A DNA stretch of 64,000 nt from Mustelus asterias. Taxonomy: Eukaryota. The notes beneath the pieces were generated by a model. That model ran no database searches. It saw only the letters and a list, made by a program, of their open reading frames with translations, and was not told the DNA's origin. Within the stretch, counting starts at the first letter, position 1. The number at the start of each line of letters is the position of its first letter. The position numbers and the translations under genes were made by a program. Location: NCBI RefSeq assembly GCF_964213995.1, contig NC_135806.1, forward strand, positions 108,252,001 through 108,316,000. The letters are read 5' to 3'. Shown here piece after piece: positions 24,960-37,717 of this stretch.

Positions 24960-26020
24960 CACAGTGTTTGATATGGCGACCCACGCTGTTCACCTCAAAG
25001 GCCTCTCATCATTTTGTTTAACTTCATGGCACTGCCCTGGCAGGATTTGATTCCTATCTGCCCAAAAACAACCATTGTATCCACAGCAATGGTCTTTAAT
25101 CTCTTCTCCACTTTCTGAGATGTTGAGAGACCCACTGTGTCCTCCACTTTATCAATGTGCGGTTCCACTGTTGACAACATCCTTTGGAACAAGAGGGCTG
25201 ATGGAACTTAACTGTAGCTCTCTATCATTTCTCTCAAACATTCAATTGCTCCCATGTGGTCTGACTACTTTTTTGACATCAAGTCCTGGCAGAATCACAT
25301 CTTCCTCCAGCGCATCATCAGGGAAGCCAAATTCATCGCCTTCACCCTCTGCCACCAACTCCAGTCCATTGGCACTAATGCCATCTCTTTGTCTAACCAC
25401 ATTCTCGGGCCGAACCAGATTGTTTGCAATCGTGGCATCCTGTTTGAATGTGAAATTAACTTTAAATTACACATCTTATCCATCACCAAAACAGAAAATA
25501 CTGGAAAAACTCGGCAGCTCTGGCAGCATCTGTCGAGAGAGGAACAGTTAACGTTTCGAGTCTGTGTGACTCTTCTTCAGAGCTCTTCTCTCCACAGATG
25601 CTGTCAAACCTGGTGTTTTGTATCCAGATATCCAGCACCTGCTGTATTTTGCTTTTATACATCATCAAGCTTGCTTTATATAAACCTCTGCAACATTGCC
25701 CACCTCCGCCCCTTATCTCAGTCCCTTTGCAGCTGAAACTCTTATGTATGTCGTTATAGCCACCAGACATGAAGTTTTGTCCTCTTCTTTACCCTATAAG
25801 TTACAACCTGTCTAAAACTTTGCACGTTCCTTATCAAATTCCACTTGTTGCCCTGTCATTTCTTCACATCTCAACCCCAGTGCATTCAATTTGAAAATCC
25901 TTACCCTTCATCAGTCTGAATGGCCTAACCCCAAGCTATGTCTACAATCTTCCCCAGCCTTGTAACCACTCCTAAACACACCGGCATTCTGGGTATCATT
26001 CCAACCCTTCAGAGGCAGAG
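24960..26020 (+). mobile_element. L2 LINE RT remnant, interrupted by a Penelope family B palindrome (25487-25656)
   Basis: DIKSWQNHIFLQ...NQIVCNRGILFE...HILSITKT, then LCNIAHLRP..S..AAETL: typical L2 C-terminal RT motifs. Confidence 0.7.
25546..25584 (-). ncRNA. Minimal hammerhead ribozyme motif (Penelope family B)
   Basis: Minus strand AGCT-CTGAAGA-A-GAGTC ACACA GACTC-GAAA-CGT-T-AACT: intact cores, perfect 5-bp stem II, palindromic ACGU stem III. Confidence 0.68.
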
Positions 26021-27289
26021 TCTGTTATATTCATTCATGGGACATAGGTGTCACTGGCTGGCCTGCATTTATTGCCCATCCCTAATTGCCCTTGGAGGGC
26101 AGTTGAGAGTCAACCACATTGCTGTGGCTCTGGAGTCACATGTAGGCCAGACCAGGTAAGGGCGGCAGATTTCCTTCTCTAAAGGACATTAGTGAACCAG
26201 GTGCATTTTTCCGACAATCGACAATGGTTTCATGGTCATCAGTGGATTCTTAATTCCAGATTTTTAAAAATTGAATTCAGTTCCATCATCTGCCATGGTG
26301 GGATTCGAACCTGGGTCCCCAGAACATTAGCTGAGTTTCTGGATTAATAGTTTGGTGATGATACCACTGGGCCATCACCTCTCCCTCTTCAGTCAATTCA
26401 ATTTCAATCTTGAAATGTTAAAGTTGATTCCTAAATCTCTTTACACTCCTCACTGTATCTTTCAAAGCTCATTACTTTGATTTATCTTCGCTCCCGAATC
26501 GCTTATGGCTCAGTGTCTGTTTCCATGTGCCATGAAATTTTTGTTTATATTAAAGGGCCTTCTGTAAATGCAAGTTGTTCAGATTAATGCTGCCTTCATC
26601 TTTCAATGGGTTTTAAAACCTCATGTGGCTCTCGACGTTCTCTGTAAACCTACTTGTTATTCATCTACAGGGATGAGCTCGAGGGCAAGGCCATCTCACG
26701 TGAAAGGAAGTTACTTTCATGAAGAAGAAGTGAAAATATTATAAAGATCCCTTAAACTAAAATAGTGTTACTTCTGTGCGTGTGGATACCAACAGGAAAC
26801 TTAGTTCTGAGAAGCTGTTGACACCAAATGCAGTTGTTTGTGATAAGGAATTAGACCAAACTGATTATCTTCCCACTACTCACAACTGTTGCTTGTGGAG
26901 CTATGTGTGGCCTGCCTTTTCTGCTTTATTATAGGCTTACAAGTTTATGGCCTTAGCTACTATTCTCAGCAAATGGCACAAATATCTACGCAATCAAGTT
27001 TATCAGTTGGCCAAGTCAAAGCTCTTGCCATAGGTAGAAACTTAGGCTTTGAAGAGGATGTGTATGAGATTGGCAGTTAGTTACTTGTTGTCAAGCAGGC
27101 TTTCCGAACAGTTATTGAAGGGAGCGGGGGGGGGGGGGGGGGGGGGTGGTGCAGGGTGGGGAGTGGAAATTTAATTTTTAGCAGTTATAAGGACAAACAA
27201 AAGCTGTCAGAACCCAATAAATAAGTATGTTATTGTGGAAAACATGGAGATTTTTCTTTCATTCATAGTAAAGACAGTTTCGGTAATCC

Positions 27290-30200
27290 TAATACTAGAC
27301 AGGTCAGGCAAGAGCAGGACAGAGAGCAAGGGAAGTCTAGATTAAACTGCGTTTATTTCAATGCAAGAGGCCTCACGAGCAAGGCAGATGAACTCAGGGC
27401 ATGGATGTGTATATGGGACTGGGATATTATAGCTATTACTGAAACATGGCTAAGGAGCGACAGGACTGACAGCTTAATGTTCCAGGATACAGATGCTATA
27501 CGAAGGAAAGAACAGGAGGTAAGAGAGGAGGGAGAGTTGTGTTTTTGATTAGAGAGAACCTCACGGCAGTACTGAGAGGGGATATTTCTGAGGGTTCGCC
27601 CACTGTGTCTATATGGGTAGAACTGAGAAATAAGAAGGGGAGGGAGCACTTTGATAGGGTTGTACTATAGGCCACCAAATAGTCAGCGGGAAATTGAGGA
27701 GCAAATCTGTAAGGAGATTACAGATAGCTCCAAGAAAAATAGGATGATAGGGGATTTTAACTTTCCCAAAATTGACTGGGACAGCCATAGTATTAGGGGC
27801 TTGGATGGAGAGAAATTTGTTGAGTGTATTCAGGAGGAATTTCTCATTCAGTATGTGGATGGCTCGACTAGAGAGGGGGCAAAACTTGACCTCCTCGTGG
27901 GAAATAAGGAAGGGCAGGTGACAGAAATGTTAGTGAGGGATCACTTTGGGACCAGTGACCCTAATTCCATTAATTTTAAGATAGCTATGGAGAATGATAG
28001 GTCTGGCCCAAAAGTTAAAATTCTAAATTGGGGCAAGGCCAATTTTGATGGTATCAGGCAGGAACTTTTAAAAGTTGATTGGGGGAGTCTGTTGGCAGGC
28101 AAAGGGACATCTAGTAAGAGGGAGGCTTTCAAAAGTGTGTTAACCAGTGTTCAGGGTAAGCACGTTCCTTTTAGAATGAAGGGCAAGGCTGGTGGAAGTA
28201 GGGAACCCTGGATGACTCGGGATATTGAGGCCCTGGTCAAGAAGAAGAAGGAGGCATATGATATGCATAGGCAGCTGGGATCAAGTGGATCCCTTAAAGA
28301 GTATAGAGGGTAAAGGAATAGAGTTAAGAGAGAAATCAGGAGGGCAAAAAGGGGACATGAGATTGCTTTGGCAGATAAAGCAAAGGAGAATCCAAAGAGA
28401 TTCTACAAATATATAAAAGGGAAAAGAGTAACTAGGGAGAGAGTAGGGCCTCTTAAGGATCAACAACGTCATCAACGTGTGGAGCCACAAGAGATGGGTG
28501 AGATCCTAAATGAATATTTCTCATCAGTATTTACTGTTGAGAAAGGCATGGATGTTAGGGAACTTAGGGAAATAAATAGTGATGTCTTGAGGTGTGTACA
28601 TATTACAGAGAAGGTGGTACTGGAAATCTTAAAGTGCATTAAGGTAGATAAATCCCCGGGACCTGCTGAAATGTATCCCAGGACGTTGTGGGAAGCTAGG
28701 GAGGAAATTGCGGGTTCTCTAGCAGAGATATTAGAATCATCGACAGCCACAGGTGAGGTGCCTGAAGATTAGAGGGTGACAAATGTTGTGCCTTTGTTTA
28801 AGAAGGGCTGCAGGGAAAAGCCTGGGAACTACAGGCCGGTGAGCCTAACGTCTGTGGTGGGTAAGTTGTAAGAAGGTATTCTGAGACTCAGGATCTACAG
28901 TCACGTAGAGAGGCAAGGACTAATTAGGGACAGTCAGCATGGTTTTGTGAGTGAGAAATCATGTTTCACGAATTTGAGATTTTTGAAGAGGTAACCAAGA
29001 AGGTAGATGAGGGCAGTGTAGTTGATGTTGTCTACATGGACTTTAGCAAGGCCTTTGACAAGGTACCGCATGGTAGGTTGTTGCATAAGGTTAAATCTCA
29101 CAGGATCCAGGGTGAGGTAGCCAAATCGATACAAAATTGGCTTGACGACAGAACACAGAGGGTGGTTGTCGAGGGTTGTTTTTCAAACTGGAGGCCTGTG
29201 ACCAGTGGTGTGCCTCAGGGATCGGTACTGGGTCCACTGTTATTTGTCATTTATATTAATGATTTGGATGGGAATTTAAGAGACATGGTTAGTAAGTTTG
29301 CAGATGACACCAAGATTGGTGGCATAATGGACAGTGAAGAAAGTTATCTCCGATTGCAACGGAATCTTGATCAATTGGGCCAGTGGGCTGACGAATGGCA
29401 GATGGAGTTTAATTTAGACAAATGCGAGGTGATGCATTTTGGTAGATTGAACCAGGGCAGGACTTACTCAGTTAATGGTAGGGCGTTGAGGAGAGTTACA
29501 GAACAAAGAGATCATGGGGTACAGGTTCATAGCTCCTTGAAAGTGGTGTCACAGGTGGACAGAGTGGTGAAGAAGGCATTCGGCATGCTTGGTTTTATTG
29601 GTCAGAACATTGAATACAGGAGTTGGGACGTCTTGTTGAAGTTGTACAAGACATTGGTAAGGCCACACTTGGAATACTGTGTACAGTTCTGGTCACCCTG
29701 CTATAGAAAGTATATTATTAAACTCGAAAGAATGCAGAAAAGATTTACTGGGATGTTACCGGGACTTGGTGGTTTGAGTTATAAGGAGAGGCTGGACAGA
29801 CTGGGACTTTTTTGCCTGGAGCATAGGAGGCATAGGGATGATCTTATAGCGGTCTATAAAATAATGAGGTGCATAGATCAAGTAGTTAGTTAACATCTTT
29901 TCCCAAAGGTAGGGGAGTCTAAAACTAGAGGGCATAGGTTTAAGGTGAGAGTAGAGAGATACAAAAGGGTCCAGGGGCAATTTTTTCACACACAGGGTGG
30001 TGAGTGTCTGGAACGAGTTTCCAGAGGTAGTAGTAGGGTACGATTTTGTCTTTTAAAAAGCATTTAGACAGTTACATGGGTAAGATTGGTAAAGAGGGAT
30101 ATGGGCCAAATGCGGGCAATTGGGACTAGCTTAATGGTAAAAACTGGGTGGCATGGATAAGTTGGGCGAAGGGCCTGTTTCCATGCTGTAAACCTCTAGG
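27290..30200 (+). mobile_element. CR1 ORF2 (APE endonuclease + RT) with stops and frameshifts
   Basis: CVYFNARG, GLYYRPP, GDFNFP, KSPGP, GVPQGSVLGP and FADD motifs across ORFs 27651, 28368 and 28961. Confidence 0.93.
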
Positions 30201-30478
30201 GCTCAGAGTAGATCAACAGGTAGCAAGAGTATCTGGCCACTGTGCACCTTTGGATTAGGCATTCAGCTGGTTTGAGACCGATTCAAATCTCGCTTTGAAT
30301 GGTTTTGGATGGTGCATAATGTGCCCTGTCTCAATCTGACTCACTGGTTAGTGAAGGAACGTGCAAAATGCACCCCAATTCTGCATTAATTATCTCCTGA
30401 AAGCCACAGGATGATTGATAAGGGAGGTGGAAAAGTCTGATGTGGGTCTAATATGAACTGCTCTTCTTGAGCCAGGGA

Positions 30479-31333
30479 ATGATGGCAGGTTCCCAACCCT
30501 AATCGCACACCTATCCCGCATCCCCATGTCCATTCAAATTCCCCCTTGTGTGTGTGCAACAGCTGAAGCTTTAGTCACTCAGGAGATTCAGTCCAGGACC
30601 CAGCTTTAATAACTAGCTGACCACTGTGCAGAGAGCGTATTGCAGTAGAGAGTATTGCATTGTATTCATAACATCATAGGGCTGGACTTGCTGGGGGAAA
30701 TGATGGGCACAGGGCAAAGGAGATATCCCCCTTCCTGTGTGACAGCAAGCCACACAGTGAAAGCTGTCTGCCTTGCCTCCACCTTCTCCCACCACACGTA
30801 ATACAACGGCAGAGATGGAATGAGGCCCCGACCATTGATTGGCCACTTAAGGGCCTCAATAGGCCAAGGGTGAGCAGGACATCTATTTTATTTTAGGAGG
30901 CTCCCCTTCAAATATGCCAGCATAAGATCCAACCTCTCGAATCAGTAAGGTATAAAAGGAGACCATTTAGCCCATCTAGTGCATGCTAGACCCAAATAAT
31001 ATTAGACCAAGAAGTGCTTAATGCCGAGATTGAAGATTATGCTGCCCCACTGGTTATGAGAGGTTTTTGCTGGTGTTGAATGTGAGGCATAAAATTGGGT
31101 ATGTGGCTGGTTAACCACACTGCGCCCAGCACTGCACAAGCTTGGGGGCTGGAGAGGCAGCACTGAAAACTTGCATGCTTGAGTCTGCGTCAGCTAGTTA
31201 TTAAAGCTGGGTCCTGGACTGAATCTCCTGAGTGACTAAAGCTTCAGCTGTTGCACACACACAAGGGGGAATTTGAATGGGACATGGGGATGCGGGCATA
31301 GGTGTGGGATTAGGGTTGGGAACCTGCCATCAT
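30479..31333. repeat. Inverted repeat, arms 30479-30621 and 31189-31333
   Basis: About 143-bp arms, reverse complementary with about 3 differences, about 570-bp spacer. Confidence 0.9.
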
Positions 31334-31744
31334 CCCGCCCACTCCCGGATTTCAGCTGGCCAGCTTCGGGGATGGGCAGGGAATTCCTACCCAGCTCTCA
31401 GGAAATGAATATGATGAACTATATAATACAAACTAAGTCCCAATTAACTGAGACTTTAACCCTTTGCTCTGGCTTTAACAGCCCGCACACAGGTTCCATT
31501 ATCTCTTGGAATCCCACCATGGATTGAGAGGGTGATGGAGGGTGATTGCCTACAGATTTGGATATGTCGGGAAGGCTTCAAATACTGCAAAATGGCAGCT
31601 AGTATTGAGCCGCAGCGAAATCCTGGTGCTGACCAGTGTCTGCCTGAAATCACTACTTCGAAAGTAAAGTACAACATTTTAGAGTTACCTTCAAGTGACT
31701 TGGAGTTCACTCATGTGCGTCTCAACCTTTGTTGTCAGCCTTCA

Positions 31745-31870
31745 CTGGCTAAAGAGCCTGGGCCTCTGAGGAGGAGGAGGAATCGGATGTTCCCATGGCT
31801 CCTGCAGCCACACACTGGGCTGCCAGAGACACACAATAGACTCATCCATGCACGCTTCACTTTGCATCTG
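31745..31870 (+). pseudogene. Probable Harbinger transposase C-terminal remnant
   Basis: Acidic run EEEEESD followed by ...HNRLIHARF, resembling HARBI1-type transposase C-termini; a TIR-like end TTAAAATTCCAGCC lies at 32713-32726. Confidence 0.4.
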
Positions 31871-32733
31871 AGCATTCAGTCGGAAACACTGTGCCCTCGT
31901 TCCCACCTCTGAAGTCCCCCTCACCGCATCTCATTCCATCAGACAACCATCACACTTGTATTCCGTCCTTCTGTGAAAGGCTGATCAGACCATTCACCTG
32001 AAGGCGACAGTCCAGGGTGAAAGTGGATTCAACAAAGTACAAGTCAGGGGAGAAGTTCACACAAAATTATCCATTCATTGAAATAAAGATCATTGTTACT
32101 CCATTACCATTGTTATAAACACCCAAGCAAATCCCCTTGTTTTTTTCTCCCACTTTCTATCACTACCCCTGTGGTTTTAGCTAAGGTGGATGCAGGTTAC
32201 TCATTCCCCTGTTCTATATGGGGTGTAGTGTGAGGGGTTTTGGCTAGCTTTAAATTGCAGATTGTTAATTGACTTCAGTTTCCACCAGCTGCCATGTGGT
32301 ATTTGAACTCATGTCCCCAGAACATTGGCCTGAGCCTCTGGATTACCGGTCAGGTGACATTACCCAACACCACCTTCTCCCCATCATGGTTTCCTGGGAA
32401 GTGACTGAGAACCAGTGGGCGGTGGTGGTGGGGGGAGGGAGCTAGGGGAGGGACAACCTACCCTATGTTCCATTGGGCATCTTTTTGATTCCTTCCTCGC
32501 CCCCCCCCCCCCCCCCCCCCCCCACACAAAACATCCTGCAGCCATTCAGAGCCCTGACAGGATCCCTTTAATAAAGAGCCTTCATTCCACCAGACCTGTC
32601 TGATAGGCCTGGAAACCTGTAACTCAATGAAACAGCCACAGAAAGCTTACTCCTGCAGCAGTGAGGCTCTAGACCTGCTATAGGTCCCACTTTTTGACCG
32701 GTCACTAACAGGTTAAAATTCCAGCCATAGTAT

Positions 32734-32854
32734 TGCCGGAATTCTACCGCCCCGCCCGCCATGGAATCAGAGCGGGGGAGGAGCGGACAATGGACATGTT
32801 CGTTGACCTCGGGTGGGATTTTCTGGTCTCAAGCGAGGCCGTAATATCCCACCT
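32734..32854. mobile_element. About 125-bp Harbinger-type MITE
   Basis: TIRs GCCGGAATTCTAC / GTAATATCCCACC; homologous to 42888 and 48248. Confidence 0.7.
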
Positions 32855-32876
32855 GTAGAGTCCGCAGACCTTAAAT

Positions 32877-33198
32877 GGGCAACACAGTGGCATAGTGGTT
32901 AGCACTGCTTCCTCACAGCGCCAGGGACCCGGGTTCAATTCTGGCCTCGGGTCACTGTCGGTGTGGAGTTTGTATGTTTTCCCCGTGTCTGTGTGGGTTT
33001 CCTCCGGATGCTGCGGTTTCCTCCCACAATCCAAAGATGTGCGGGTTAGTTTGATTGGCCATGCTAAATTAACCCTCGTGTCAGGGGGATTAACAGGGTA
33101 AATCTAAGGGGTGACGGGAATAGGGCCTGGGTGAGATTGTGGTCGGTGCAGACGCGATGGGCCTCCTTCTGCACTGTAGGGATTCTACAATTCTATGA
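32877..33198 (+). mobile_element. SINE subfamily A
   Basis: Head, central domain and CR1-type tail. Confidence 0.88.
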
Positions 33199-33755
33199 CT
33201 TAAAGGGAGATTATAGTTTGAGATGCTGATAGAAGTGTTTGGATGTGTTGAATTCTGACTTGCATTTAGTTGCAGTTTTGCGCAACACATTACCTACTGG
33301 GTAACATATCATTTTAGCACATTTTTCAGCCGTTGCTCCCTTTATTCTTGGTTCTTGCTGTCAGTTAAATAGCATCATTAAAAAGGTGGTGAGGATTTGA
33401 ATTCCTTGGGCTTCCTGAGAACACTCCATAGTTTAAATACGGAGTTCACAAGGGGCTAACTAATTGCAGGTGCATGAACCACCGTCTCCAGTGCCTGAAA
33501 TGGCATGTTTCCTTTCTGCAGTGGTAACATTCATTGTTGAACGTGAAAGTGCCCAAAAGTAAATTAATAGGAACAGAATGAACACAAATTCTTTGAGCTG
33601 GTAAGATGTTTTTCTGAAGCAAGTGTTTGGCTGAGTGTATGAAAATACTTGAGTTTATGTTACGTTGACAGTAATTTATTTTGAGGTTGCTTTGGGGAGA
33701 ATCCCGCTCCTACTTGGCTCTGCAGACTAATACTGTGTCTCGTTTGTCACACTGA

Positions 33756-33959
<204 letters not shown>

Positions 33960-34170
33960 TAAAGCTAGACACCTGAGTTAGAGATACTGTAAAGGACAAC
34001 CTGACTGTAGCATCAACACCCCATGGTGTTGGATGTTTGTTTTAACTTCTAAATTCTATTCTTTTTAAAGCACTCATAATGTAAATTGAGACTCAACGAT
34101 AAGAACTCATGCTGGTTGATTTTTTTTTAACTGGAGCTAATTGTAATTAAAATTAAAAGGATTGTCAGTG

Positions 34171-34885
34171 AGTGGCACGGTGGCACAACGGTTAGCACTG
34201 CTACCTCACAGCGCCAGGGACCCGGGTTCAATTCCAGCCTCGGGTCACTGTCTGTGTGGAGTTTGCACATTCTCCCCCTGTCTGCGTGGATTTCCTCCGG
34301 GTGTTCCGGTTTCCTCCCACAGTCCAAAGATGTGCAGATTAGGTTGATTGGCCATGCTTAATTGCCCCTAGTGTCATGGGGATTAGCACAAACATTTGGT
34401 GCATCACGGTTTATTTCTGAATTACCACCTCTCAGCACTCCACACAGTGACCTTATGCTGTTGTTTTTTTTATCTTGTTCTACCACGATGTTGTGCCGAG
34501 CTTTATCTGAAACCAAGATCAAGCTATCACACTCCCTATCATCCTGGTGTGCTCCATGTGCCTATCCAATAACCGCTTAAATGTGCCTAAAGTGTCTGAC
34601 TCCACTATCACTGCAGGCAGTCCATTCCACACCCCAACCACTCTCTGCGTAAAGAACCTACCTCTGATATCCTTCCTATATCTCCCACCACGAACCCTAT
34701 AGTTATGCCCCTAATATCTTCATGCTTTCATCTATTTAGAAACCTTGGTCCCTGTATTGGAGGAAAGATGCAGTGGCATTGGAGGCAATATATGTGGGGT
34801 TACGGGAATAGAGCCTGGGTGGGATTGTGGTCGCTGCAGACTCGATGGGCTGAATAGCCTCCTTCTGCACTGTAGGGATTGTATC
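34171..34885 (+). mobile_element. SINE subfamily A split by a 402-bp templated insertion (34386-34787)
   Basis: 5' half ends GGGATTAGCA, 3' half resumes ATATATGTGGGGTTACGGG. Confidence 0.88.
34386..34787 (+). repeat. Bipartite local duplication: copy of 37184-37284 joined to copy of 38190-38490
   Basis: Both parts identical to their donors by eye (101 bp and 301 bp), joined at a shared CCAC. Confidence 0.95.
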
Positions 34886-35059
34886 AACCCATATTCCTTC
34901 TAACTTCTGTTTGCTGTGAGCTGCAGATTTGTTGCACCGTACAGTTGCTTAATGTGTGGCAGCACATGTCCACATCTTAACAGGAACATCGCTTGTGAAG
35001 GGCTTGTTCCCTGTGCAGGCTAGAGGGAACCTCAATATACACTATGTCATAAGTTACTA

Positions 35060-35913
35060 TATAAGACCATAAGACCATAAGACATAGGAGCGGAAGTAAG
35101 GCCATTCGGCCCATCGAGTCCACTCCACCATTCAATCATGGTTGATTTCAACTCCATTTACCCGCTCTCTCCCCATAGCCCTTAATTCCTCGAGAAATCA
35201 AGAATTTATCAATTTCTGTCTTGAAGACGCTCAACGTCTCGGCCTCCACAGCCCTCTGTGGCAATGAATTCCACAGACCCACCACTCTCTGGCTGAAGAA
35301 ATTTCTCCTCATCTCTGTTCTAAAGTGACTCCCTTTTATTCTAAGGCTGTGCCCCCGCGTCCTAGTCTCCCCTGTTAATGGAAACAACTTCCCTACGTCC
35401 ATCCTATCTAAGCCGTTCATTATCTTGTAAGTTTCTATCAGATCTCCCCTCAACCTCCTAAACTCCAATGAATATAATCCCACGATCCTCAGACGTTCAT
35501 CGTATGTCAGGCCTACCATTCCTGGGATCATCCGTGTGAATCTCCGCTGGACCCGCTCCAGTGCCAGTATGTCCTTCCTGAGGTGTGGGGCCCAAAATTG
35601 CTCACAGTACTCCAAATGGGGCCTAACCAGTGCTTTATAAAGCCTCAGAAGTACATCCCTGCTTTTGTATTCCAAGCCTCTTGAGATAAATGACAACATT
35701 ACATTTGCTTTCTTAATTACGGACTCAACCTGCAAGTTTACCTTTAGAGAATCCTGGACTAGGACTCCCAAGTCCCTTTGCACTTTAGCATTATGAATTT
35801 TGTCACCGTTTAGAAAATAGTCCATGCCTCTATTCTTTTTTCCAAAGTGTACGACCTCGCACTTGCCCACGTTGAATTTCATCAGCCACTTCTTGGACCA
35901 CTCTCCTAAACTG
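35060..35913 (-). mobile_element. Young CR1 3' portion
   Basis: 244-aa ORF MKFNVGKCEVVHFG...; tail (TCTTATGG)n. Confidence 0.92.
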
Positions 35914-36863
35914 TTCTGTTCTGTTGCATAATATAAAGCTCTGAGATATAGACAAAGCCATTGAAATCACTTCTGTTTGATTACTTACTTATGTTTTTGT
36001 CCTGGAAGTTCCCACTGTAAATTTCCCATCTGATGTGACACTTCTGAATTTGAGAAAGCAGGTACACCCCCCACTTCCAGAGCACTGCTGCTACTCCCAA
36101 AAGTGGCCATTTCCTGAGATTCACAGCATTTCATCACTAGATGTGTGTCAGATTGGGAGCTAAGATGAGCAGGGCTGAACTCTATCTCTACCTATTCTGC
36201 CGCTATACCATTGTCCTGCTCATTTGTACTTTGTATAGGAGACTGTAACACGTGTGTGTATAAGAAACTGTAACACGTGTGTGAAGGATAGTCCTGTCCA
36301 CAGTACCTGGAATGCCAGAATGTGTTTATTATTCTCCAGAATTTTACTTAAACAGGACTTTCATATCACCTTGAACATAGTAATTTGTCTCCAGGAGTGT
36401 TGCCAAACAATATTTTAACCCAGCCACAAATTCCAATGGACATACAATGGGAACTTGTCAGCCTGTAATTTTACTCTGCTTCCAGTAGGGGTGCTACTGC
36501 ACCACCATTGGCTGGTGGGTATAGTTACAGCAGGAAAAGTTTACATAGGCAGCATTCATTATCGGTGCAGATGTGGGCATTTATAGTGGAGTGTATAAAA
36601 ATAAAGGTAGAATGTGTGACTGTAAAATGGGACTTGAATTATATCTGTTTTCCCTATTATAATATAATATTGTGTTATCCCTGCCTTCCAGTCATGCTTT
36701 ACTTTGGTCTTGACCCTCTGTGCAGTACCACAGGTGACTGAGAAAACATGTAGGCCAATGCTTCCCAAACTTTTACTCACTTCACCCAATATGAGGTTTG
36801 AAAATTGCCAAGACCCAAGTGATCCCAGAGTGAGAGCCAGGTTAGGGTGTGTTGGGATAGTAT

Positions 36864-37087
36864 CCATAGAATCATAGAATCCCTGCAGTACAGATGAAAG
36901 CCATTCAGCCCATCGAGTCTGCACCGACTCTCTGACAGAGCATCTTGCCCAGGTCCCATTCCCATAACCCACATATTTACCCCGCAAATCTGCCTAATAC
37001 ATCTTGGCTCATTAAGAGGCAACTTAGCATGGCAAATCTACCGAACCAGCACATCTTTGGACTGTGAAAGGAAACAAGCACCCAGCA
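36864..37087 (-). mobile_element. SINE subfamily A, 5'-truncated
   Basis: Tail and 3' part of the central domain. Confidence 0.8.
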
Positions 37088-37287
37088 GCCATTTCTGCTT
37101 TGGGGCTCGCAGCCCCAGAACATCATCGTGTGACCCCATTTGCAACCCAGAGTTTGGGAAGCCCTGATATATGTGTGAATTTGGCACAAACATTTGGTGC
37201 ATCACGGTTTATTTCTGAATTACCACCTCTCAGCACTCCACACAGTGACCTTATGCTGTTGTTTTTTTTATCTTGTTCTACCACCAG

Positions 37288-37385
37288 GGCAGAGCCACAA
37301 GCACAAACCCCATCGCCAGTATCTTTGCCTGGACTCGAGGGCTAGAGCACAGAGCAAAACTCGATGGCAGTCAGCAACTCAAACA
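37288..37385 (+). CDS. IDH2: IDH2-like exon (human exon 9 equivalent, 98 bp)
   Basis: ccaccag|GGCAGA...AAACA|gtgagt; [32 protein letters not shown](Q). Confidence 0.96.
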
Positions 37386-37717
37386 GTGAGTCTTTTCTGA
37401 TTTTGAAAGCAATGTACTGAGAATGCCCAGAAGTTTATGGATTGACCATGACTACACAGAATATTATACTGACAAGACTCTGAGTGTTTCACGCAGTGAG
37501 CACTAATGGTTAAATCCTCAGTGTTCAACACTGAAGCAGAAAACTCCATTCAGCATTAAATTTCAAAAATGTGGATTTTATGCTTCTGGTAGTTCCAAGT
37601 GCTTGTTCCAGTTTTCTAAATGGATGAAAGTAGAACCTCTGGGGTCGGAACTTTATCATTTGGGGCTATGGTTATGGTATCTGGTCTTTCCAGGGACCCA
37701 TTCTGGAAATTGCATGT

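Noticed and set aside
27127-27146. Long G/C homopolymers (also near 13006, 32499, 41173, 48143) as functional G-quadruplex sites
   Set aside because: Mostly inside transposon relics; slippage-prone and length-unreliable, no further evidence.
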